A stretch of DNA of 64,000 nt from Scyliorhinus canicula (Eukaryota). The stretch lies in contig NW_024055760.1 in assembly GCF_902713615.1 (NCBI RefSeq), forward strand, positions 124,001 through 188,000, read 5' to 3'. The translations under genes were made by a program, and so were the position numbers. The notes beneath the pieces were generated by a model. The model did no database searches and had not been told where the DNA came from. It worked only from the letters and a program-made list of their open reading frames with translations. Below are positions 52,277 through 63,910 of the stretch, piece by piece. The number at the start of each line of letters is the position of its first letter. Position 1 is the first letter of the stretch.

Positions 52277-52495
52277 ATGCTCTCCTTCCATGTGCTTGTG
52301 ATAATCCTGATTATTTTGCTGACAGTCTGGTCTCAATAAAACTCGAGAGGAATCTGTAGGTATAGTATTATTTATTTTTAATCAACTTGCAAGGCTGACC
52401 CGCTCTATAGAGATTCAGAACACATACAGTCTCCTGAAGCTCCCAGAACCGACTGAGGACCAAGTCAAAGAGATCTCTGCACATATTCAAACGGC
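52277..52495 (+). pseudogene. Truncated V pseudogene cut by a CR1 fragment
   Basis: Leader-like MLSFHVLVIILIILLT; acceptor 52393; DSEHIQSPEAPRTD*GPSQRDLCTYS; CR1 sequence follows (about 52496-52680, minus strand). Confidence 0.45.
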
Positions 52496-53885
52496 ATCAC
52501 GTTTCACATACAAGATTCCCATAGGTCATCCTATACACCTCCTGACCTGGCCATATAGCCTGAATGGTTCACTTCGGATTCCTCAACCATGGGCCTCTTG
52601 TTACCCAGCATCCTTTTCACCATCCTCTGCACGAGGCTCCCCTCCACCTTTCTGGCCATGCTTTGCTGAATTCCTTTGTTATTTGTCTGTGAACTCACTA
52701 CCATCAGACCGGCTCTATCATCTACATTATTCTAACTAATAATCCTACTTTATATCACATTCGTTTGTTCAATTCCTATCCGATGCCACGAATGGGTCAT
52801 GTGCAGCAATTTCCCCAACAGCACAATCGTTTCAGAATGGAAATGAGAACAGCAAACGGAGGCTGCGCCCCGAGACACCGCAGATTCTAAACTAATCAGA
52901 CTGTGCGGCTGGTATCATCTGCAGGCGGGATTGCAGGAGCGGAAATAGCGACGGTTGAATCTCTGGAGACTTGTGAGCATCCTGCACCTGTTCACTGCTC
53001 ATGTGAGTGAGGGACTGGCATGCATCGCCCAGAAGTATCAAAAATTAGGGAACGGAATGAACATTCGGCACATGCCTATTTGAAAATGCTGTCCCAATCG
53101 TCTTTCGCACACCACATTTTCCATATTGCTTTCCATTCTCAGATTATGAAAGTCACTTTTTGGCAGTTCTTATTGAATCTGCTTTCATCATTTTCGCGTT
53201 GTGTTCTAGATGTTAACAAATCGGAATATTATGAATAAATACATCATTCTCTATCATATTTTTCTATCAAATCGGGATGATTTGTCATTGGATCTGCTGC
53301 TAATGGGAACAATTACAGCAAAACGATTTGAGTCTTCCTTCTACCTCTATTCTTACAAGCAAATTAACCCAGAATTCTCTGGTCTTTGCATAAACGGCCC
53401 TCGTCCCTGTTAATATTTAAATATATAACATCTTTCTCCAACGTCCTAATACTACTCCTCATTTGTCGTGCACAGGATTTGGAAAGAAACGGGCAGCAAA
53501 GATTTCATCGATTTAGTGTCCGTTTCTGACACAAACATCAACAGTAGTAAAAACTGTTTCCTAGCAGATCTAGTTTAGATTTCTGGGAGACATTCATGTC
53601 TTTTTGTGTATTTCAATGCACCCTCAATCCATTCAGTGGCTGCATTCAAATAGGAATGAAACTATTCCGGCACCAGAAGGTGCCAACTTCAAACATGGGG
53701 ATGATGAAGTTCCGTGACGGCACCGTCAAAACCAATAGACGTCGTGGTCTGAGTGATGTCAGAGTGGGCCTGGTCCTCTGCAGTGTGTGGGTGGAACAAT
53801 GAGCTGAACAGAGCCCGGGTTCCCTCTCGGCTTCTCAATCTCTGCCTCATTCCATTCCCATTCACTCAGAGAGGTTCAGTCAGAC

Positions 53886-54391
53886 ATGTTTCTGTTAATA
53901 CTGGCGGCCCTGTTGGACGGTAAGTAATGGATAATGGTCGTCAAGCCAGATTAGCAGTTTCTGGATTGCAATTACATTGAATATAATTAACGATCAGAAA
54001 TATCCACATAGTTGAGTTTCCACAAACTCACAGATATACAAACAAATTTAGGTGAATTATGTTTAACCTATCGATGTTTCATTTATTTCCCTTCGCAGGC
54101 GGGCGAAGTGCAGATGCAATAACTCAATCACCGGTGACAAAAACCGTGTCAGAAGGGGTTTCGGTGCGGCTGGATTGTGAATATACAGACTCGAATATGC
54201 AGTACATGCAATGGTATCATAAGAAATCGGCACAGCCACCAATCTGGATTATTAGCAAATTATTACATCTGAAGGATGATGCAGTTTCAGGACGATATCT
54301 AGCGGCTGCTGACAAGTCTAAACAGAACGGTTACCTCAATATCAGCGATCTCAGTGTGGAGGACGGGGCGGTCTATTACTGTGCAGTGAGG
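53886..54391 (+). CDS. TRAV/TRDV: TCR alpha/delta V segment, family B; leader 53886-53919, V exon 54099-54391
   Basis: MFLLILAALLD/GGRSADAITQSP...LDC...WYHKK...EDGAVYYCAVR; RSS CACAGCG (54392-54398) + 23 + ACAAAAACC (54422-54430); AGTGATGTCA decamer at 53752-53761. Confidence 0.93.
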
Positions 54392-54499
54392 CACAGCGTT
54401 AGATAACAGCTGGTGCCCCGTACAAAAACCTCGGCGAGTAGTCACAGCTTCACTAAATCTGCTTTGCTGCTCCTGTCTGAGGGAATTGTTTGATCCTGG

Positions 54500-54882
54500 A
54501 TTCAGGAACACAGTCAGGTCTATTCATCATTCAGTTATATTGGTGTCTCTGCTCTTCTGCGGGTGAACAGATGAGCAGTTTGGGAAAATACGCGACTCAT
54601 TTCCATGCAGCAATGAACATGGTAAATTAAAACTTGGAATACCGGGCTACCAGCAACGGTAATAACAGCTCTCAGATGTGGAGATAATGTAGCTGGAAGT
54701 TAAAGATTGTTCTTCCAGAACAGTTAACTCAGATGAGCCCAAGGCCGCTGAGTCTACCCCGTTAGTTCCTGTAACAAAAGAGTGTGTCAATCTCTGCTGT
54801 TGTATTTCACATATGGAATTCAGAATAAGAACTTTAACAGACTGACGGAGCAGCACTATTATTGTTATCATGCAGGACCATG
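54500..54882 (-). pseudogene. Degenerate family-A V pseudogene
   Basis: TTACAG acceptor then GTNGVDSAALGSSELTVLEEQSL (cf. GTNGNDAVSQNPSELTVLEGQSV); decayed leader at about 54882-54847; 3' part unrecognisable. Confidence 0.7.
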
Positions 54883-55282
54883 GGGTCTGCTTTAGGCTTC
54901 AGTATAAAATCGATTTTTCGATCGAAAACTCATCTCTTGCCTGTTGCTGGAGAGTCACTTAGATAAGGGACGTGCTTCAGAAGGGTGCGCCCCACGGTGA
55001 GGGCTATAAAACTGCCGGAGCTCGAATACATCCACAAGTCATGAAGGCCCTGGAACGCCACAGCCTTGTATTTGTATCGTCCTGAGATTTTTTGCTGCAC
55101 TGTCACGGGGGCCAATATTACTGACGTTGCCTTTCACCCGAGTGTCGCTGGCAATCAGGGGATTGGCCGTCTCTGCGGAAGTGAAAAAAACGTCTGATCA
55201 TCAGTACCGCGCACCTGCTGCTGCGTTGAGTTGTTTACACTACTGTAGATCCTCTTGTTCCTACAGCCACACAGCTCAACTG

Positions 55283-55730
55283 TGCTGTGCCTCGGTCGCT
55301 AACAATATCTGGTTGTATACAGTTATTTATCTGTATGTTAGTCACATTAAGATAATTTATACCTTTCTGCTGCAGATTCCCGCCAAACAGCCGAAACATG
55401 AACGGTGCAGGCTACCCGGATGCTGACTGTATCTGTCAGGATCTATTGTATCGACTGGCAACTATCGTGTGACGTCACTGTCTCTTCAACCCGATTTCAG
55501 CCTCCCCGCTGTTCCGCAGGGTCCTGGTGGCTCCAGGCTGACATAAACAATCAAAACTAATCAAATAAAATTCAACACCAGCCTCATATTACCCAGCATA
55601 ACGGCCAGCCCCACCGTCATCATTGTTATTCAATTAACAATAATATCAGGTTCCACAATGCGGGGAGAATGGGGTTTTTTCTGTGAGGTGAGATGTTGAG
55701 GAGAGCTGAGTGGCGGTTCCCGCGATAGTT
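55283..55730 (-). pseudogene. Degenerate family-C V pseudogene
   Basis: Acceptor 55538 then WSHQDPAEQ...RYSQHPG (cf. WSHQDTVEQ...WYSQQPG); intron and promoter collinear with 60130-60650; leader ATG and donor lost; CACAGCA at 55289-55283. Confidence 0.75.
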
Positions 55731-56084
55731 CCTGAATTAGTTGCTCTCAGGCAATTACCTGTCAGAGCAGAAATGCCGATTCAGGTGCCACTGCACGGCT
55801 GATCAAACCAATGACAGGAATAGACCAGTGACAACAATGTTTAGAATATCACCACTCTGTCAGGGCGGGATCAACAAACGGAAACTATGACCGGGACACC
55901 GCAGACTCAAAGCTGATAAAAAAATGTGCGGCGGTCGTCAGCTGCATTCGCAAGTGAGGGAGCGGAAATAGCGAGGGGTAACCTGCACCTGCTCATTGCT
56001 CGAGTCACTGAGAACAATATAGAGAGAAGACACTTCCCTCCAGCGAGAAGGAACCAGTTTGAACTGACCCTCCCTGCCCCTATT

Positions 56085-56410
56085 TCATAGAGTCATAGAA
56101 TCCACAGTGTAGAAGCAGGCCACCCGGCCCATCGAGTTCGCACCGGTCCCCGGAAAGAGCACTCTACCCAAGCACACACCTCTATCGCATTCCCGAAACG
56201 TAACACAACCTTTGTGGGCATTTAGCATGGCCAATGCACCGAACTTGCACATCTTTGGGCTGTGGGAGGAAACCGGAGCAGCCGGAGGAAACCCACGCAG
56301 ATACGGGGAGAACGTGCAGACTCCGCACAGACAGTAACCGAAGCCGGGATTATAACCTGGGACCTTAGATCTGTGAAGCAACAGTGCTAACCACTGTGCT
56401 ACCGTGCTGC
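56085..56410 (-). mobile_element. tRNA-derived SINE
   Basis: GGGCAGCACGGTAGCACAGTGGTTAGCAC head; GATTCTATGA tail. Confidence 0.8.
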
Positions 56411-57127
56411 CCACATAAATACACGACGCGGTCGGAAATTATCGTTTTGTTTTTGAAAAACATTTTATTAAGGCATTTATGATTTTAGAACGACAATTAC
56501 AACTGTAAACATAACTCAGTGAATACCACCCAGCCAACATGGCGAACACACACACAGTTCCCCAGTCCATCCTCCTCCACTCGCTGGACTCGCCTGAACG
56601 AAACGAAACTGAACTATCTCCCCCAGCCCCCTCTAATTCAGTAACCCTCTCTTATTGTATCTGCTAACAGTTTAATTTTAATCATTGTGCTCCTGATTGT
56701 TAGCTCGGTAGCCTTGTCCTTTTAACATTTGACATACCCAGGATTCAGACAGAAGATTCCAGCGATGGTTTCCACAGATTTAGCTTAATTTTCTGGCATA
56801 AACATTAACAGTAACAAAGACAGTATCTAAATAGCTCCAATTTATATTGCTGGGTAGCATTTGAATCTTGGTATGTTTTGCAGCAAACACTGAACCCACT
56901 CAACAGGAAAATTCGATTCAACAGAATTTTCCAGCAGAAGGCGCCGAATTCAAGCACGGGCGTCACAAACCACGTAATGTTTTCTCTAAACATGTATGGC
57001 TGGGAGACCAGTGAGGTCACAATAACCCCCACCCCTCCCCCGCCTCCCAAACCCCTCCCCCTTGCAATGAGCTGAGCAGAGCCCGGGCTCCCTCTCTCCA
57101 CAATCTCTAAGAGAGATTCAGTCTGGC

Positions 57128-57625
57128 ATGTTTCTGATAATACTGGCGGCGCTGTGGCACGGTAAGTACTGGTAATAAACATCGATGCAGATTAACATGT
57201 TAATATACAGCGATGGCAATATAATTATGATCGAAAATATCTATATGATGTGCAATTGGGAGGTTTCACAATCTCACTCAGATACAAGCAAATTTACAGC
57301 AGCTCTTGATATTTAATCCTCTACCTTCACAGGCGGACTGTGCGCAGATTCAGTAACTCAGTTACCGGTGATAATAACCGCATCGGAAGGAGATTCCGTG
57401 CAGTTGAATTGTGAATATACAGACAAGAATATGTACTTCATGCTATGGTATCAGCAGAAACCGGCACAACAACCGATATGGATCATCACTAACAACATAG
57501 CGTTGAAGAAAGGTCAGCTTTCAGGACGATATCTGGCGGTTGCTGACAAGTCTAAACAGAACGGTTCCCTCAATATAAGCGCCCTCAGTGTGGAGGACGG
57601 GGCGGTCTATTACTGTGCAATGAGG
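57128..57625 (+). CDS. TRAV/TRDV: TCR alpha/delta V segment, family B; leader 57128-57161, V exon 57333-57625
   Basis: MFLIILAALWH/GGLCADSVTQLP...LNC...WYQQKP...EDGAVYYCAMR; RSS CACAGCG (57626-57632) + 23 + ACAAAAACC (57656-57664); AGTGAGGTCA decamer at 57010-57019. Confidence 0.93.
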
Positions 57626-57799
57626 CACAGCGTTAGAGAGCAGCTAGAGCACCGTACAAAAACCTCAGCGAGTATTTACAGCTCTACTAAGGTCCCTTCT
57701 GCGCGAAGAATTTGATTTCCGCTTTTCAAACGCTGTCAGGTGTATTTAGCAGGCCGTTCTTTTGGTGCTTCCACCCTTGTGCCGATAAACAATAGAGCA

Positions 57800-57985
57800 G
57801 TTTGGAGAATGTTGAGGCTTCTCATGCTGAGATATTTACAGTAACCTTAATCCCGGAATATCCACCAAGCAGCAGAGGGACGATCTCAGATGTGGAGTTA
57901 GTATAACCAGAAAGTACGGACTGTTCTTCCAGAAGCCTTAACTCAGCTGAGCCCAGGGACACCGACTCCTCGGCACCCGGCGAGT
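57800..57985 (-). pseudogene. Degenerate family-A V remnant, paralog of 54500-54882
   Basis: EESVSLGSAELRLLEEQSV; nucleotide similarity to 54660-54770. Confidence 0.6.
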
Positions 57986-59419
57986 AATGAAATGCAGAAT
58001 AGAGCAGAGGGAGGTGGTGGCAAAGTGGCATTGTCACTAAACTAGAAATCCAGAGACCCAGAGTAATTCTCTGGGGTTGACTCATAACTGCCCCCTCAAG
58101 AGCGATTGGCGATGAACCAAAAGAACAAACAATTCCTGCGCAATTTACACATGAAATGTAGAATAGCAGAGACTCATCTAACAACACTGCCAGCATTATC
58201 AGTCCGTGACATAGGGAGCACACGATGCCGGGTTTAGGTTTGAATAAAAATCGATCTGTCGATCGATAATGTAAATAAAAGTAAATTATTGCTTGAATCT
58301 GAAAAACTGGACAATTTGCAGGTCTGGCAGCATCTGTGGAGAGAGTAGGGAGCTAACGTTTGGAATCTCGGTGGCTCTTTGTCAATACGGATGTTGAGTT
58401 GATTGTGGGTTTACCGAAATACAGACCAAGCCACAAATGAGTCCCAGAAATCTAAATTGCAGCTATTTAGACACTGCCTTCCTTATTGTTAATGTTTATG
58501 TCTGAAAATGATGAGGGGCGTTGATTGGGTCGATAGGAACGAACTTTTCCACTTAGTAGAAGGGTGAATAACCAGGGGGAATAGATTAACGTTAAGATGC
58601 AGGATTTAGAGGATATTTGAGGAAACCATTTTGACCCAGAGGGTGATGGGAATCTGGGGCTGAATGCGTGAAAGGATAATCGAGGCAGAAAAACTCACAA
58701 CATTGAAGAAGCATTTAGATGAGCACTTCGAACACCATAGAATACAAGGCTAAGGACCAAACTGCTGGAATATTAGATTAGAATAGAAAGGTGTTTGATG
58801 GCCAGCGCATGCACACTGGGCAAATAGCGTCATTTTGCGCTGTAAAGCTCTTTGGCTCTGTGACTCAAAGTGGAAGGGTGGAGAGGTCCAGGGAGGAAAT
58901 TCCTGAGCTTTGTGGCCAGGCAGGTGAAGGCACGGCCAGCGATAGCGGAGTGATTAAAATCGGAGATGAAGGCTGTGAGTTCCAGATTCCCACCACCGTC
59001 TGGGTGAAAACGTTCTCCCACAAAGCCCCTCGAAATCTTCAACTCCTTACCTTTAATCTGTGCCAACTGGTTATTGACACCATTACTACGGGGGAAAGTT
59101 TCTTCCCATCTACTCCATCCATGTCTCTCATAATTATGTACACTCTGGATGAGCAGGCAGTGTTCCTTTAAGACTCTCCTTCTAACCAATCTCGTTGACT
59201 AAGCTTTTGATCATATGACTGAATATGCCCATCGTTCCTGTAAAACCCCTCGGGACAGTTTATTGTGCGAAAAGCTCGACATGAATAGAAGTTGCTGTAT
59301 TTGTTGTAGTTCAGTGACACCTGATAGTTTGCTGAGAGAGTGAGTTTTCACACCAAGATATGAACAAGAAGCAGGAGTTGTTCATCGAAGATCCATTCAT
59401 TAGTCTTACATATGTTATG

Positions 59420-59610
59420 CCTCATGGCGCCAAGGTCCCAGGTTCGATCCCGGCTCTGGGTCACTGTCCGTGTGGAATTTGCACATTCTCCCCATGTTTG
59501 CGTGTGTTTCGCCTCCACAACCCAAAGATGTACAGGGTAGGTGGATTGACCATGCTAAATTGCCCCTTAATTGGAAAAAAATAACTGGGTACTTTAAGTT
59601 AAAAAAAATG
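59420..59610 (+). mobile_element. tRNA-derived SINE, 5'-truncated
   Basis: GGTCCCAGGTTCGATCCCGGCTCTGGGTCACTG...CCCCTTAATTGGAAAAAA. Confidence 0.75.
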
Positions 59611-59731
59611 TTCTGAATGCGAGTTGCAATCGCAAACTGGTATAACTGTGCAGGTGGGCCTCACTACTGATGCTTTTTAGTTTTGTGTGTTGTTACAATT
59701 TGTATCACTGTCACTATGGAAAAGGAACTAT

Positions 59732-59755
59732 CGCTGAGGGGGCGCCCCCTGCTGA
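59732..59755 (-). promoter_or_regulatory. CTCF-like element 25 nt after the RSS nonamer, with a palindromic core
   Basis: TCAGCAGGGGGCGC on minus (59755-59742); AGGGGGCGCCCCCT palindrome at 59737-59750. Confidence 0.7.
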
Positions 59756-59820
59756 GCAGTGGGTGGAACTGCCAGTGTGGGGTTTTTGTACAGGGTCCAC
59801 CATATCTCTGTAGCAGTGTG

Positions 59821-60325
59821 GGCGCCACGGCACAGAAATACACGGCGCTGTCGGAGACCATTGTGTTACTGATTGTTAATTCGGTAGTCTTGTTCTTTTC
59901 ATCAAACGTAGAAGAAAACCGATCGTTGAGTTCGGTGTTCCTTTGCACAGTCAGCCCAATGATTCGAAGCATGTAGCTTGGAGCTTTCCCGGGCTGCTGA
60001 CTGTACCAGTACACATAAGGGTTAGGAGAACTTGTTTTCAATGTGCAGGTTAATGTGACTTCACTTTCCTCTGTAACCGTTATTTCAGATTCCTTTTGTT
60101 CCACGGTGTCTTGGTGGCTCCATTCTAACAGAAGTAACAGCAATAATGACAATCAGAGTCAGCCTCATATTAAACAATAAAACCATCAGCAACATAATCT
60201 CTGTCATTTTACCAACAATAACATCTGGGTTACAGCAGTCAGGAAGAGAATGGAGTGCCACTGGGAAGGAAATACTTACTGAGAAGTGAGATAACGATGA
60301 TGAGCGAAGCGAGATGGTTCCTCAT
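59821..60325 (-). CDS. TRAV/TRDV: TCR alpha/delta V segment, family C; leader 60325-60280, V exon 60124-59821
   Basis: MRNHLASLIIVISLL/KWSHQDTVEQ...LTC...WYSQQPGKAP...SDSAVYFCAVA; RSS CACACTG (59820-59814) + 24 + ACAAAAACC (59789-59781). Confidence 0.92.
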
Positions 60326-61559
60326 GATCCTCCTCGGGTTTGTAACTCTACAATGAGATCAATCCTCTGTCAGAGACAGAAATAAAGATCCCCGTCACAC
60401 TGCACTACTGATTCGACCAATGAGAGGAATGAACAGGCAGCAGCAATCTCTCCAGTAACACAATTGGGTCAGAATGAGAGCAGCAACCGGAAGCTGTGGG
60501 CGGGGTACCGCAGTCTGAATATTGAGTGAAGTGTGCGGTGACTTTCAGCTGCACTCGGAACTGATGGAGCGGAAATAGCGACAGTTGAATCTTCACTGGA
60601 CCGTAACCATCCTGCACCTGGTCACTGCTCAAGTCACTGAGAAGAAATATATCGGGAGGGACATGACGGACTAGAATCTAGAATCGTGGAGTCAGGGATG
60701 AGGTCGCACGATCTATATTGCCCGAGACACTTTGATTCCCAAGGGGCAGTCACATGCCAATCGACCGCTGCGCTACCGCCTCTGGCGTGTTTGTTCTGTC
60801 CATGAGACCAGAGGTTCCCAGGCATTGGCGGCTGTTGTATCCGAGACATTATCTGTCAAGAATGATTCTGTGAGTATGACCGCGCCAGCCTGTGGCTTCA
60901 TTGGCCTTTATGAGAGATTTCTCAATTTTCGTGCACGCCTCAGCTGTTAGAAAGTGCCGGCAGCGTAAGGTTTGCCAATGTCCTTTCTGCCGCCTGGGTG
61001 GATGCCGAGTGTTCTAGTCATTTCATGTTTCTAATCCCAAATGTGATTTCTACACAGCGGAGTGATTTGCTCGCTCATTTCACGACATTCAATGCTGTGG
61101 GCTTGGAGTCACATGTAGATCATGAGGTAAGGACGGCATGTTTCGTTATTTTCTGACCGTTCAGGACTTTATTGCATCGAAAGAGTTTTGACCACAATGA
61201 TGGGCCTTTTAATTCCAGATGTTATGCATTGGAATCCCACCATCTGCCGTGGTGGAATTGGCAACCTAACCTCTGGATTTCTGGCCCACCACCTTCACAC
61301 CCCAAATTATTATTATTGTTGTCGTGTTGTTGCCGATATTGCCACAAAATAGTCATGGAGATTTTCTCATTCAACCACGGTCCATAAGAGTGAAGGTAAA
61401 GCGGCAAATTGTTTGTTTTTAAACATTTCAAGATGACCACGGTGGAGATTTGACTTTTTATTCTGTTGCTCGTCGGTAAACAACATTCTGCTGAGCACCA
61501 ACTGGAAAAAGCCAGCGGTAGTTTTTGTACAGGACCTGCTCTATCTTTGAAGCACTGTG

Positions 61560-62040
61560 GGTTCAGTGCAGAGATACACCGCAGAGTCAGAGATAATTGC
61601 ACTGCTGATCCTTAGCTCTGTAATCTTGCTACTCATGTCGAACATCGAAGAGAATCGATCACTGATGTCGGGTTGTCTTCTCACTTTCTCTCCTATATTA
61701 CGAATGACATACTGTGGGGTTTGTCCAAAGTGTTGACGGTACCAGAACATATAACTTCGACGATCACTTCTTTCCATGGTGCAGGTTAGTGTGACATTAC
61801 TTTCCTCTCTCACCGCCATTTCATGGGTCGGTTGTTCTACTGCTGCTTCGTGGCTCCAATCTGACAGAAAATCATAGCTATTATCATCATGGTTAGTGTC
61901 AGCACCTCAATGAACATGACTATTATTATTTCACCAGAACGGTAACTTGGTTAGAGATCTTGGGGAGGATATTTTTTGCAGGAAAATAAATACTTACTGA
62001 GAAATGATATAATGAGGATCAGTGTGAGCTATTTCTGCAT
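61560..62040 (-). pseudogene. TRAV/TRDV: Family-C TCR V with an intact V exon (61860-61560) but TAG at leader codon 4
   Basis: Leader ATG CAG AAA TAG (62040-62029); V exon WSHEAAVEQ...LTC...WYRQH...SDSAVYLC open; RSS CACAGTG + 24 + ACAAAAACT (61528-61520). Confidence 0.88.
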
Positions 62041-62940
62041 GACGCTCCCTGAATCCGGGACCCTCCTGTCCAATAACCTACCCGTCGGAGCAAATATACA
62101 GCTTGCTTCCCCACTGCACTGGTAATCCAAACCAAAGTCGAAGAGGAAGCCACTTCAACAAGATGTTAATAACAAACGGCAGGCAATGTGGATCATAACA
62201 AGAACAGCAAGGGGAGTTTGGGGCGGGGCTGTGGCTGGTTGCATCTACAATTTGCAGTTTACAACTGTGCGAAATGTATTACCACAGCGTCCCCTGGCGG
62301 TTTCGTCTTTCATTTCGCTACTTCAAGAAGTTTGAAGCGTGTTGCATAATTATATTCAACAAGGGCAGCACGGTGTCCTATTTTTCTCGCAGTTGTAATT
62401 AGTACATTTTGTCTGATATCACTGTTCCCACTAATGCTAAAATGGGACACTGGGGGGAATTGTGTGTTCCGCATTCTGCATTTTCCTGGAACATTAACAT
62501 AAGAACTAGGAGGAGGAGTAGGCCATCTGGCCCCTCGAGCCTGCTCCGCCATTCAATGAGATCATGGCTGATCTTTTGTGGACTCAGTTCCACTTTCCCG
62601 CCCGAACACCATTGTCACTTATTCCTTTATTCTTCAAAAAACTATCTGTCTTTATCATGGAAAACATTCAATGAAGGAGCCTCAACTGCGTCACTGGGCA
62701 GGGAATTCCATAGATTCACAAACCTTTGGGTGAAGAAGTTCGTCCTGAGTTCAGTCCTAACATTGTGGAGGGAGAACTGGGCTCCGAGACGCGGAAAGCG
62801 GAGATTGGCTCACAGACAATCCTAAAGATTGAAAGGAGCCAAACAGACAGAGGGACGAACAGAGAACCGGAGATACAATAAAAGACAGACAGAGGGGGAA
62901 AGGGCTACAACTAACATTGATTGGTGCCCAATTACTGACA

Positions 62941-63356
62941 GCACTGAGAGACCAGCCAATCATACCGACAGTACTGAGAGAGCAGCCAATCATGCCGACA
63001 GCACTGAGAGACCAGCCAATCATGCCGACAACACTGAGAGACCAGCGAATCATGCCGACAGCACTGAGAGACCAGCCAATCATGCCGACAGCACTGAGAG
63101 ACCAGCCAATCATGCCGACAGCACTGAGAGACCAGCCAATCATGCCGACAGCACTGAGAGACCAGCCAATCATGCCGACAGCACTGAGAGACCAGCCAAT
63201 CATGCCGACAGCACTGAGAGACCAGCCAATCATGCCGACAGCACTGAGAGACCAGCCAATCATACCGACAGCACTGAGGGACCAGCCAATCATGCCGACA
63301 GCACTGAGAGACCAGCCAATCATACCGACAGCACTGAGAGACCAGCCAATCATGCC
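62941..63356. repeat. 30-bp minisatellite (GCACTGAGAGACCAGCCAATCATGCCGACA) x14 in a V promoter
   Basis: 14 units from 62941; 13 keep CCAAT; ends about 135 nt upstream of the V ATG. Confidence 0.95.
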
Positions 63357-63489
63357 ATTGGACAACGCCCATTCGCTTCTCAATAAATAAAGCCTCACAA
63401 TGACCTGAGTTTACTTTTTCATGTCGGAGTGGATGTGTTGATATATTTTTTAAGTTTTGTGGCTTCTGTGAAATTTTGAAGCAGCTGGC

Positions 63490-63910
63490 ATGTTCTCCCG
63501 ATGTTCTTTACTAATTCTTCTCTTGCTACCTGGTGAGTTTCTGTTTAAATAGTCAGTGTCTGTCGCCAAGGTTCGCCACCAGATATTTAACAGATGCTGT
63601 AATTTGTTGCAGGAACCAATGGCAACGACGCAGTGTCGCAGAATCCATCTGAGTTAACCGTTCTGGAAGGACAGTCCGTAAAATTGGACTGCAGTTACTC
63701 GGCAGCTAGTAATCGTAATCTGTTTTGGTACATCCAGTCTCCCGGGAATGCTCCCAAATATTTATTCACGATATATAGCACGGGAAGTACGTCTCAAGGT
63801 TTATCAGGAAGATTTTCTGCCGTTTTACACAAAGGAAACAAAACAGTCCCTTTAAATATCGCCAGGGCGCTTCCCTCCGACAACGCAGTGTATTTCTGTG
63901 CCATGGAGCC
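63490..63910 (+). CDS. TRAV/TRDV: TCR alpha/delta V segment, family A; leader 63490-63532, V exon 63613-63910
   Basis: MFSRCSLLILLLLP/GTNGNDAVSQNP...LDC...WYIQSPG...DNAVYFCAME; RSS CACACTG (63911-63917) + 22 + ACAAAAACC (63940-63948). Confidence 0.93.

Noticed and set aside
60124-60168. Intronless leader MSLLLLLLLEW suggested by the ORF track for V59.8k
   Set aside because: It starts at a TTG inside the intron's pyrimidine tract; a proper ATG leader exon with GTAAGT donor exists at 60325-60280.
62757-63398. Four overlapping repetitive ORFs
   Set aside because: Products of the 30-bp promoter minisatellite.
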